From NCBI RefSeq assembly GCF_001194135.2, contig NC_068982.1, forward strand, positions 146,723,696 through 146,771,760: 48,065 nt of DNA. The letters run 5' to 3'. The position numbers were made by a program, and so were the translations under genes. Under the pieces are notes generated by a model, which worked only from the letters and a program-made list of their open reading frames with translations, searched no databases and was not told where the DNA came from. Shown here one piece after another: positions 12,227 to 23,370 of the stretch (its first letter is position 1; the number at the start of each line of letters is the position of its first letter). This DNA is from Octopus bimaculoides (Eukaryota).

Positions 12227-12371
12227 TATCTCGGACTTCTTTATACAATAATTTTGTTGCTGTTAAGGAAAATTTGGTTGCTATTTTCAGTAGGACAAGC
12301 AAATATAAAGATGCCCTTTTCTTATATCATTTGAGTAGGGTGCTTGAACACAGCCTTACAATGTATTATCG
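12227..12371 (+). CDS. Probable internal exon ((I)SRTSLYNNFVAVKENLVAIFSRTSKYKDALFLYHLSRVLEHSLTMYY(R)); boundaries uncertain
   Basis: Protein-like open frame; the phase-1 acceptor (ctttaaaaag|) and donor (cg|gtattt) are weak. Confidence 0.5.
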
Positions 12372-12869
12372 GTATTTTTATTGAAAAATGCTTACATGCA
12401 ATGAGAGGCAGGCTGGAAAAGATATCCAAATAACTGACCTAGCAAAATACATTACTGCCACGAACAGTGGAAGTGGATCTGAAAACTCAGCAATAGTTTG
12501 GTGGTGGCGGCATTAATTTCCTATATAGGTACAAGACCACAAATTTGCAGTAGCAAAATCAGTTAAATTGACCTCATATTTCATCAGCTCTGGAAGGTTG
12601 AAAGAGAAAGTCCTCTACAGTTCTTACATAAAGCATCACACTTACTTTATAGAGCATTCTACTATACATCATCATTGTCAAAAACTTTTAGCTAGATTGT
12701 TTGAATGTCAGCTTAAATAAATGCTATTAACCTTTAGTCAATACATTAGACTTGCTAATATTTAGTGTAAGATTTAGAAAGAGAAATGTAGAACAGCTTG
12801 TAGGAATTTGAATTGTGAGTAAACAGTTCAGTTTCAGTCACAATTGTTAGCATCTATCTACCTTTAGAG

Positions 12870-12937
12870 CCAAGATTTGAAGAAAAAGACACATAATGAA
12901 AGGATGTTGCTAGAATTTGCAGATTTCTTTTATGAAG
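12870..12937 (+). CDS. Internal exon (QDLKKKTHNERMLLEFADFFYE); 5' boundary 12868 or 12870
   Basis: ctacctttag(ag)| and gaag|gtaatt; ends in phase 1, matching the 15883 exon. Confidence 0.7.
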
Positions 12938-13029
12938 GTAATTTTGCTAATCAGGTCACCATTGACTCTGCAGCAAAATTTAATGGGTACATAATGCAGA
13001 ATATTCTTGCAAGTAAATGCCATTACATC

Positions 13030-13640
13030 CCAAATGAGGTTTCGCTAAGCTGGAGCAGAACTGCATCCACAACCAAAATGAAGAGTAAGCCTTCTCTGCA
13101 CAACCACTGACTGGTAGCTGCAAGTTAACAAGGACAGACAGCTGAAGTTTCCATAACACATAGAACCAACAATGCTCTAGCCAGACCTGATCATCACCTC
13201 TGGGGCAACAGAACAACAGACCATGTCTGAGTAATAGCCAATGAGAAGAAATGTACAAAAAAACATCAAGAAAAGTGAAGTGCCAGCAGATAGGATGGAA
13301 AACAAATGAGCCTGTAGAGATGGGTTTTAGGGGCCCTGTGGAACACTCACTCAGCAAAGTCTTCAACCAGTTGACTTTTACAGAGATGGCAAGGAAGAGA
13401 ACCATTCAGTCTACAAGTGAAGCTGCAGAGAACATTATCAGGTGGTTTCAGATTAAGAGGGCTGATCCATGGAATATTATTGCATTACTGCTGAGACACA
13501 ATTTGAGATCTGATCAACCTTGACAGCATCACCTGGGCAAGGTTGATGTTGAAAGACCTGAAACATCACTGATGATATGCTCCACCTCATCTAGAAGATG
13601 TTGATATATCTTGCACCTCCTTGCCTGTGGAACAATGTAC
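13030..13640 (+). mobile_element. HERO/NeSL-type RLE non-LTR retrotransposon 3' fragment
   Basis: LLCTTTDW*LQVNKDRQLKFP*HI..PDLII..KY..CQQIGWK..PVEMGFRG..SLSKVF..EAAE..RWFQIKRADPW, then a 3'UTR. Confidence 0.75.
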
Positions 13641-13919
13641 ATCATAAGTCAACTGCTGGCTAATGGACTGAAGCAGTGTATTGAATTTTCAGAGAGTACA
13701 AAGCCATTTTAGAATCTTCAGTGAAGACAGGAATCCAAAGACATTTCCTGCATTTACATCTCTATCAAGAGCTATATTCACATGCGCAAACACATGCTTG
13801 TGTGGAACATGGATGTTAAATACTAATGATACATGGGGCTGCTACCAAATCCACTCACAAGGCTTTGGTTGACTCAGGTCTACAACAGAAGACAATAAAC
13901 CTAAAGCCACATTAAGAAA

Positions 13920-14682
13920 CAAATTTGTTAACCACATGGCCCTGCTCAAGCTATAGAAAAGGTGTAGGTAGAAACTCCATAAGATGCACTCAGTGTAAGC
14001 TTTGGACACACGAAAGGTGCAACAACATCAAAGGTAGGTTAACAGAAAAACTTACTTTTGTATGTGGAAGGTGCACAGGCATAAATGCTGAACATGTGCA
14101 GAAAATAGACTCCATCAACTGCCAGGTGCAAAACTAGAGGTAATAGATAGCTTCCGGTATCTAGGTGACCAGGTTAGTAGTGGAGGTGGTTGTTCCAAGA
14201 GTGTAGCTGTGAGAATGAGATTAGGCTGGGCAAAGTTCAGAGAGTTCCAACTCCTGCTGGCAACAGAGTGAAAGGCAGATTGTCTGATGCCTGTATGCAA
14301 ACAGCTATGCTTCATGTCAGTGAAATGTGGGCTATAACAGCCGAGGACATGTGTAGGCTTGGGAGAAATGAAGCCAGTATGTTTCGCTAGATGTGCAATG
14401 TCAGTGTGCATGTTCGACAGAATGTAAGCATCTTGAGAGAAAAGTTAAGTATAAGAGGAATCAGATGCGGTGTGTAAGAGAGTCGACTGCACTGGTATGC
14501 TCATGCAATGCGTATGGACAAGGACAGCTGTGTAAAGAAGTGCCAATCTCTAACTGTGGAGGGAACCTGTGGTAGAGGTAGACCCAGGAAGACATGGGAT
14601 GAGGTGGTAAAGAATGATCTCCAAACTTTGAACCTCACAGGGGCAATGACTTGTGACCAAGACCTTTGGTGATGTGTGCTGC
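13920..14682 (+). mobile_element. RTE-clade LINE ORF2 C-terminal fragment with Cys-rich finger
   Basis: WPC..KGVGRNSIRCTQCKLWTHERC..FVCGRC; DSFRYLGD; GWAKFRE; RGRPRKTWDEVV; frameshifts and stops. Confidence 0.85.
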
Positions 14683-15309
14683 TTAACCCTTTCAATACCA
14701 ACCCCAGCTGAGAGAGCTCATTGTTATTTAAATGTGAATTTCAGAACAAATCTTGTTAGTACATTCATGAAAACACGTGATTTCTCTTTGTAAATAATCA
14801 AGTTATAGTTTCCAACATTGCTTGACATGATATCTGAACTCTGTGAATTTTGGGAGATTTTTTTTTTCAACTTTTAAAATGGATAGGAGTTTTCTACTAT
14901 CAAGCAATGATTCCAAATTCGAAGGTTTCTTCAAAAACAAATTCCGATATTTCATTTTATTTTACCTTTACCTGTTCTTATGTGCATTAAATTCAACTGA
15001 TAATCTAGTGATGTGCACAATTCTTCTATATTAAAATTTTGTTATGGTGATGTTTAAACAAAATTTTAATAGTTTAATATTTGGCTGAATTTACCTGTAA
15101 TTAGAGTCACTTTGAGACAAACGTTTTGCAATAGAGTTGATTAAGAACCCTTTTTCAATTGTGTTTCAAAAATCACATTAATATGTTCATAAGTAAAAAA
15201 AAGTTACAGTTGTTTAATGAAACTAATCTAAATTCATGGTTATTTTAGAATTTAATTAAAACTCGTAAATGGTATAGTTTGGTTAGAAACATAGTAATGA
15301 AAGGATTAA
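14683..15309. mobile_element. Non-autonomous piggyBac-like element
   Basis: TTAA-CCCTTTCAATAC at left; gtaatgaaagga-TTAA at right (imperfect inverted repeat). Confidence 0.45.
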
Positions 15310-15882
15310 GAGGCCCCATCAAACCAAGTGCACTTGTGCTNNNNNNNNNNNNNNNNNNNNNNNNNNNNNNNNNNNNNNNNNNNNNNNNNNNNNNNNNNNN
15401 NNNNNNNNNNNNNNNNNNNNNNNNNNNNNNNNNNNNNNNNNNNNNNNNNNNNNNNNNNNNNNNNNNNNNNNNNNNNNNNNNNNNNNNNNNNNNNNNNNNN
15501 NNNNNNNNNNNNNNNNNNNNNNNNNNNNNNNNNNNNNNNNNNNNNNNNNNNNNNNNNNNNNNNNNNNNNNNNNNNNNNNNNNNNNNNNNNNNNNNNNNNN
15601 NNNNNNNNNNNNNNNNNNNNNNNNNNNNNNNNNNNNNNNNNNNNNNNNNNNNNNNNNNNNNNNNNNNNNNNNNNNNNNNNNNNNNNNNTGCCAAATAATT
15701 CCTTTTACAAGACATTAATTTTTTCAATTTGAGATTAATGTAGAAGACATTTGTGCTAAGAGCTGTGCATTCTAATCAAGCCTTCAGTCATATGGTTGCA
15801 AAGCAGAACTTCTGAAACAATTACCAAGGCTTTTTTTTCTTTTTTTTTCTTTCTTTCACAAGATATTTGTTTCTTATTTCAG

Positions 15883-15947
15883 ATGAATCCAAGATGCTTC
15901 CAAATTCAATGAAAGACACTCCTCACAAACTTCTTCAACGGATTCCA
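15883..15947 (+). CDS. Internal exon ((D)ESKMLPNSMKDTPHKLLQRIP)
   Basis: tttcttatttcag| and cca|gtaagc; phase 1 to 0. Confidence 0.8.
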
Positions 15948-16380
15948 GTAAGCAATGAAACAGTCCAGCAACAAGATATGGAATAATCATAATACGGAGC
16001 TGAAAGCACCAATTATCGCTGCTATGATAACTGGTGCTTTCAGCTGCTTCTCACTCTTTTCAGAAATATTAACAGTTCAGATAAGATGTGGTAGAATTTG
16101 CTTTCTTTCACTTTTTATTTCTTATTCTGTTTTAATTGTTTTCTTATTACTTCTCCCAAAGTAATTATGTATTGCATTTAAATTATTTGCAATTTAATTT
16201 ATTTTTCTTTTATTTCGTTTCACTCTGAACAGTGTTTGGAGTTTGCCATTGGGATTATAATAGGCTACATCACCAGTAATTAATTATAAAAGTAAACATT
16301 TTGGTGCTCTCTAAACAGAGAAAGAAAATTAATGTTTTGAATTGTCATCATTTCATCAGAGAAGATTCATTCTTTGGCAG

Positions 16381-16424
16381 ATATTCTTGCCTAAAATACT
16401 TGGAGATTTTTTGCATCTCCTCAT
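16381..16424 (+). CDS. Possible exon (IFLPKILGDFLHLL(I))
   Basis: ttctttggcag| acceptor; weak donor at|gttata; supplies the phase 0 to 2 link to 18722. Confidence 0.3.
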
Positions 16425-16629
16425 GTTATATCAACATACTTTTATTTGTGTTTTTTTCTTTTATAAAATTGACACCTGATGATGTTACAAACCATTGCTA
16501 ATCTTTACTCATTTTTGAGTTAAAATTACTCACAGGTAAAGTGTTGAATCTTGTGGTTAGTTTGACCTCAACAATTACATTGGGCAAATATACTTTTGCT
16601 TAATGTTTTGTATCATATTTACAGTTGAT

Positions 16630-17100
16630 TGTGGAAATGTGTGGCTTAGTGGTTAGGGTGTTGAACTCATAGTCATAATATTGTGGTTTCAATTTCTTGA
16701 CTAACTAGGCAATGCATTGTGTTTGTGAGCAAAACATATCATTTCATGTTGCTCCAGTCCACTCAGCTGGCAAAAATGTGTAATCCTACAGCAGACCGGC
16801 ATCATGTTCAGGTGGGGAATATATATGTCACAGAAACTGGGAAATTGGTCCTATGTGTCTACATGATTCAGGAAAGATCTTTATCCTTTTACACCTGATT
16901 AAAGTGGCATGCTGGACAAAATATTTAGTGACATTTCTTCTGGCTTTATGTTCTCAGTTCAAATTCCACCAAAGTCTGCTTTGCTTTTCTGCCATTCAGG
17001 GTTGATAAAGTAAGTTCTAGATGAGCAGTGGGGTAGATGTAAGCTACTAGCCTCTCCTTCCAAGATTTCAGACCTTGTACCAATAATAGAAAGGAAATTT
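16630..17100 (+). mobile_element. Adjacent decayed SINE C (16630-16885) and SINE B (16900-17100)
   Basis: tRNA-like A/B boxes and family cores recognisable; CpGs mutated. Confidence 0.6.
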
Positions 17101-18107
17101 ACATCTGATTGATTTACGAATGGTTTATGTTGTAATGAAAAATTACAGGCTGATGTATCTTAGCTAAGTTGTAACCAAGACTTACTTTCCTCTCTATATC
17201 TTGAAAAGCATTTCAATTATGAACTGCTATGAATTTATAGAAAGTTTTCAAATATGTCTTACAATATGATATCTGCAATACACATACTTAAAAAAGTCAT
17301 CTTCCTGTTCAGCAATTTTTCAATCTCAACATGTTTTTGACACTTCTAGTATTTTCTATTTTGCTTTAATTTCTATTTATGTTATCTTAATGCATTTAAG
17401 TTTACTTTATACAGCTTTTGCTGCTACTCTTACCAAACAACATTGTGTTTCTTTCTAATCACAACTTTGCTTCACCCTTCTAAAGAAGCGCAGTCCATCT
17501 AGAACTTCCTTGCTCTTGCTGTTTTTCCATCCAACTGCTAACTGGCAACAATTCAAATTACATGTCACCTACACCAACCATATTTGGTTATCCTTGTTTC
17601 TCATTCTATGGTATCTGTCCTGCCTTCTCAGACTAACCATAGAAATGTAAAAACAGTGTAATAATGCTACCATGTTATACAACTAGAAATGGAATTTGTA
17701 TAACATTCAACATGTTATATATATGTGTCAAAGTAAAGAAAAGATTTATTAAAATTATATTCATATTTCAGCTTTTATAATTGTAAATTTCTATTAAAAA
17801 AAAAACATAAACCAAATGGTTTAATTGAAATAAAATGTTTAGATTGTTATCTTAAAAATATTTTGTATGTCACATTACTTTGTTAAATGAAATAAACTTG
17901 TTTACAGCCTGATTTAATGTATATTTGCAATGAATTATGTCTATTCTACATTTGGACAAATAAATCAACCATAAAATTTTGAATATACACAAATGTGTGT
18001 GTGTGTGNNNNNNNNNNNNNNNNNNNNNNNNNNNNNNNNNNNNNNNNNNNNNNNNNNNNNNNNNNNNNNNNNNNNNNNNNNNNNNNNNNNNNNNNNNNNN
18101 NNNNNNN

Positions 18108-18300
18108 TGGAGAGCCAGCGGCTGCACCAGGCTCCAGTCTGGTCTGGCAGAGTTTCTACAGCTTGATGCCCTTCCTAATGCCAACCACTCTGCGAGTGTA
18201 GTGGGTGCTTTTTACATGCCACCGGCACAGGAGCCAGTAAGGCGAGCCTGGCAACGATCACATTCAAATGGTGCTATGTGCCACCAGTATGGGGGTGCTG
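18108..18300 (-). mobile_element. Family R RTE 3'UTR copy (partly in gap)
   Basis: Reverse complement of gcacccactacactc..ggaagggcatc..gtagaaactctgcc. Confidence 0.75.
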
Positions 18301-18721
18301 GCGTCGGTCACGATTGGTTGGTGCTTTATATATATATATATATATTAATAATAGTCTAGAGAATTTTTTTTTCACTCAGCAGCATAAAGAAAAGAAACTG
18401 AAAATGCACTTGAAGTTTTTAAAACAAAATATATTTACATATACGTAACTGGTTTTACTACTTCATGATATTCAAAAGTTCTGTGAATATCCTGAAGCTA
18501 TGCCATATTTGTCTCAACTCTAAATTTTAGTGAATGTTTAACACAAAAATTCTTATGGCAGTTATTCGTGTCAGTGTTACCTGTCAAGATAATCCAAATA
18601 TTGAAATATATCTGATGTTACACTTGATTAAGTAAATGTAAATAAATTTCTTGAAAGACTCTAAGTGCATTTTCAATCTCTCTCTCTCTCTCTCTCTCTC
18701 TCTGTTCTAAAATTGCTACAG

Positions 18722-18747
18722 TGACATTTTAACAAAGAAAGAAAATG
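18722..18747 (+). CDS. Possible 26-nt exon (DILTKKEN)
   Basis: (CT)n tract then gctacag|; donor atg|gtaaga; only one open frame (phase 2 to 1). Confidence 0.5.
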
Positions 18748-19548
18748 GTAAGATGAAAAAAGCATATTGTGAGATTGGTAATAGTATAATTCAATATTTA
18801 AAACATTTACATTATTTTCATTGTTTGCTACAAGGAGCAATTATCAAACATGATAGCTTGATTGGTACAACAAAAATTGAATGTTGTCTCTGAAGAATTG
18901 TGTGTGTATGGTAGGCTAATAGCTGTATTTGATATGTTATCACACACTGTAAGCATAATAGTGGAGATGGTGATGATGACAGCATAGAAAAATCTTGATT
19001 TTTCAAACTGAACATGAAAGAAAAAAGTCTGACTGGGTATTACGTAAAACTAGACATCTCTGTTAGAGAGCGAGAGAAAGCTGAAAGATCTTATACAACA
19101 TAGAACAGTCATAATGTCTGATTGCGACTAACAGAATTTCTCATCAGAGTTAAATTCAGGGTTTATACATCCTCTCAAAAAACATTCTAGAAAGTTCTCT
19201 CAGAATTTTGCCACAAAAGCTAAAAGAGTCCCTTGATGTCGATTGAATCCAGTATCATACGTTATTGGTTGCAATATAAATCTACAGGTGTGTTTGTCAA
19301 CTGCATGAGAGTTTTGCTGTACCAAAAATTACTAAATATGGTAATATTATTGAAATGCGGATACAATCCAAGACGGAGATGCTGTGAGATTGAATCCATA
19401 ATAAGATTTTACATGGTAGAAGAGTCATGATAGACATTTAAAACACACAGATATGCTGTTCAATTCACTTTCTGTTGGTTTGTGATCCACATATAATAAT
19501 TAACTAACTTGTGTATTTGATCGCTGTCTCAACAATATTTTATTGAAG

Positions 19549-19616
19549 CAGGAGGCGCTCAAACAACATTCACAGTGGGGAGTATGAGTGACAGTAGAAG
19601 ACATTTTACTTTCAGT
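19549..19616 (+). CDS. Possible exon ((A)GGAQTTFTVGSMSDSRRHFTFS)
   Basis: tttattgaag|cag tandem acceptor; phase 1 to 0 using donor agt|gtagtt; an alternative donor gtatga lies inside. Confidence 0.45.
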
Positions 19617-19728
19617 GTAGTTCTAATACAGTATATCTTTAAAAATAAAAAAAAAGTATGTAATATTTACTTTCATATATATATATATGTATGTATACAT
19701 ATGTGTGTGCATGTACATACATACGTAC

Positions 19729-19830
19729 ATACGAGGGTCAGCTGAAAAGTTTATAGGCTGGCCAAGATACTCTGGAATGTGACCAAATGAGATTTATTTT
19801 TCAACATAGTCCCCTTTGCGAGTCAAGGTC
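19729..19830 (+). mobile_element. Mariner-like left end
   Basis: TA-CGAGGGTCAGCTGAAAAGTT start typical of mariner inverted repeats; no right end seen. Confidence 0.45.
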
Positions 19831-20418
19831 CACTATATAGTAGTGTTTATAGCCGTATCAAGTTACTATATATCCCCCTTGCACTCTTTCCTCACAAAAA
19901 CTATAGTAACCTTGCAAAATAATTTTAGCCAAACATCGATACCACATCCGTGGACGAAAATATGCAGCTGTGTCAATCTCCATATTCGTTGTAATTGTCT
20001 TGTACGTACATACATACATGTATGCATACATATATATACATACCATATATTACCTGATGTAGAATATATCTGAAAATAAGAAAATAATTTAATTTCATAT
20101 ACATATACAGATTACTATGTGTATTATGTGATATGGTAACATTTTCAAAAGTAAGAAAATTTAATGTTTTCATTTCATTTGAGCAGATGCACCATTCTCT
20201 ATAATTAATAGAACTGCTATCAATTTTGATCTTGCTTGCACATTTGTGGTATAATAATCTATAAAATGTTTGTTTTACGTGTTGAATGTTTGTTTTACGT
20301 GTTGTCACTGGTAGTGATCCTTGTTTGCATTTCATAGTTTGTTTCTTTTTAAATTTTCTCTGTACTTTACATCACTAATGATAAGACATTTTAAAATAAA
20401 CTGATTTTGTTTTGATAG

Positions 20419-20490
20419 GTTCTCTTTGAACATGCTATGCTGACAACACGATTAGCTAATCGTAGTCTGATTTATTCTCTTTTTGTGTAA
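20419..20490 (+). CDS. Possible terminal coding exon (VLFEHAMLTTRLANRSLIYSLFV*)
   Basis: ttttgtttttgatag|; phase 0; TAA at 20488-20490. Confidence 0.45.
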   Translation, partial: VLFEHAMLTTRLANRSLIYSLFV

Positions 20491-20849
20491 ATTGATTTAA
20501 TTTGATTTTTTTTATTACGATTTTTCTAAAACCATTATCCTTTCAGTTTTTGTATTATTCTTTGTATCTTATCAAAACTAAATGAATTTTATCTTGTCGT
20601 TTTTTTGTTATAATTTAGTAAGCAATTTGATCATTTTAAAAGAAATATCGACTAAGCGTTTTTATATTTTATTCCGGCAATGTCCATGGCCCTTTAGAGG
20701 GCCTCCAAAATCGGTCGGTTGTCAAACCGGGGACTCAGCTTCAATGCTTGTAACAAAGCAGACACTACTAAAATCACTCAGCGTTAGGTGGTTATGTTAA
20801 ACTTTGGAACCATGTGGGAAAAAACTTCTTACCACACACACGTGCGCCG

Positions 20850-20917
<68 letters not shown>

Positions 20918-21655
20918 GTATAAGAAGGGATGACCACTAAGTGGACATCCAATATGCTAGAAAGAGGTCATCAACGACTCAACCACAAAGAAAAATAATG
21001 TTCTCTAGAAAAAAATTTAGCAAACACCAGAGCATAGGCGGGCAAGACAAAATGAAAAATATAGAAAATAAAGAATTAATCGTGTACCGATTTCGCCATA
21101 ATTTTTTTTTACTTACGTAAAAACGTCCGTGGTTCGTCAGCACAATCATTCTAAAATCAATATAATTTGCAGAAATATACACGAATTGTCTTCATAGAAT
21201 TTGACGTGCATACAGTTCTACCGATTACATTGAGGTTATTTTCAAATATCAAATAGAGATGTGTGCGTATTCACTTTTAATGCGAAAAAGGCTTCACCAA
21301 TTACTTCCATACTTCTGACATATAATAGGGTCTTCTTTCATTTTTTATTAAAATTTAAAAAAAATAAGAATTTTTGATTTTTATATTACATTTACATCTT
21401 TCAAAGATTTTTAAATATTTACTTCCATTTTCCTGCCGTCAGTGACATAACATATCTCTCTATCGATCTCTCTATTTCTCTGTAACATATCTCTCTATCT
21501 AGATCTCTTGTTTTCGCTTTCATTTTTCAGACGCTCTTCTTTTCACTTTCAATTTTCAGACGTCATTGTTTCACTTCCATGTTATTGTTTTCACTTTAAG
21601 TCTAAGTTTTGAATCGCTATTTACAATCAAGTAAAGCTCGAGGTTGATTATTATC

Positions 21656-22152
21656 TTGTATTTCGGGATGGTCATTTTTTTTTTGCCAAATAAACACACG
21701 CACTATATATTTTTCTTCACTCATTTATTATTTTAACTCATGTCCATTATCCGGAAATCTTTCGTCACACATCTGTGACCTCTTCAGCGACACTTTTCGT
21801 TTTCGTGTGTGTTCTTGCTCCACATACTCCATTATGTTCTTCTAAGATGTGTATCCTTACGTGCGCATGCGTTTGTGTCCTTGTTTGCATGTGTGTGTGT
21901 CATAGTTTTTAGCAGCAGTGTGGCCTTCTCCTTAGCCCTATCCTCTCACCCCATTGTACTGCTGCTGTCCTAAGACCCGAAAATATGGTACTGTTCCTGT
22001 ATTCCTCTATGTATGTGTGTTAAAACAATATGTGATAATAATAATGTGTATGTGAGTTAAAATAATAAAGTAAGAACAGTAATAAACGAGTGAAAAAAAA
22101 TATATAGTGCGTGTGTTTATTTGGCATAAACAATGGCCATCCCGAAATACAA
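21656..22152. repeat. Inverted pair of a dispersed repeat (arms about 21656-21740 and 22053-22152)
   Basis: ttgtatttcgggatggtcatt..gccaaataaacacacgcactatatat.. and its reverse complement. Confidence 0.85.
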
Positions 22153-22374
22153 CAATGTCTGTTTCATCGCACGATTTCACATCAGGAATCTTGCAACACA
22201 AATTGATAAAATTAATTATTATCATTATATATTTAAAAGGCTGGGAGCTGACAGAATCGTTAGCACACCGAGCAAAATGCTTTGTGACATTTCGTCCGTC
22301 CTTGCATTCTGAGTTCAAATTCCTTCGCAGACGACTTTATTATCATTTCAGGGTCGATAAAATAAGAACCAGTT

Positions 22375-22705
22375 CTACATTTAAGAGATGAGGAATTATG
22401 TACATTATTTATATTTGATGGATAATGCCCACTGGCATATGGCGTAGTGGTTAAGAGTGCGGGCTACTAACCCCAAGATTCCGAGTTCGATTCCAGGCAA
22501 TGACCTGAATAAATAATAATAATAATAGTATTAATAATAATAATAACAACAACAACAGCAACATTGAAAAATACCTTAGGAATGAGAACCCAGGTTTGAA
22601 ATTTTCCCAAGACACCTGATGAAGGCTGGATGGTATATCAGCCGAAACGTTGTGTTAACAACAAACAAGATGAGAACAAATATCCGTCAAATGTAAATAA
22701 TGTAC
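22375..22705 (+). mobile_element. tRNA-headed, hammerhead-bearing non-autonomous retroelement (Penelope-like 3' part)
   Basis: A box 22440-22450, B box 22485-22494, (AAT)n, hammerhead core, 13-bp TSD, 29-bp inverted end. Confidence 0.8.
22611..22656 (+). ncRNA. Minimal type I hammerhead ribozyme motif
   Basis: gacac-CTGATGA-a-GGCTG(gatggtatat)CAGCC-GAAA-CG-TT-gtgtt; stems I and II pair; stem III reduced to the palindrome AACGTT. Confidence 0.7.
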
Positions 22706-22764
22706 ATAAGAACCAGTTGAGCACTGGGCTTAATTTACTCGACTTATTCCCCCTCCCCAAAACT

Positions 22765-23155
<391 letters not shown>

Positions 23156-23204
23156 AAGCAACAATTAGTAAATATTAAATATCGGAAATACATTTTATAT
23201 ACTG

Positions 23205-23370
23205 TTTTCAAATTTTGGCACAAGGCCAGCAATTTCATGGGAAGGGTTAAGTCAATTACATCGACCCCAGTACCCAACTGGTGCTTTTTTATCGACCTCG
23301 AAAGGACGAAAGACAAAGTCAACCTCGGCGGAATTTGAACTCAGAACGTAAAGACAGACGAAATGCCGTT
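23205..23370 (-). mobile_element. SINE B
   Basis: Reverse complement of the family B body (..ctcggcggaatttgaactcagaacgtaaag..). Confidence 0.8.

Larger units (their letters stand above)
22225..22760 (+). mobile_element. SINE B interrupted by a younger insertion
   Basis: Host reads ..gggtcgataaa[ataagaaccagtt]..insert..[ataagaaccagtt]gagcactggg. Confidence 0.8.

Noticed and set aside
22434-22505. tRNA gene (also the heads of SINE A, B and C)
   Set aside because: A/B boxes and an anticodon-like arm are present, but no acceptor stem forms and each runs into a SINE body.
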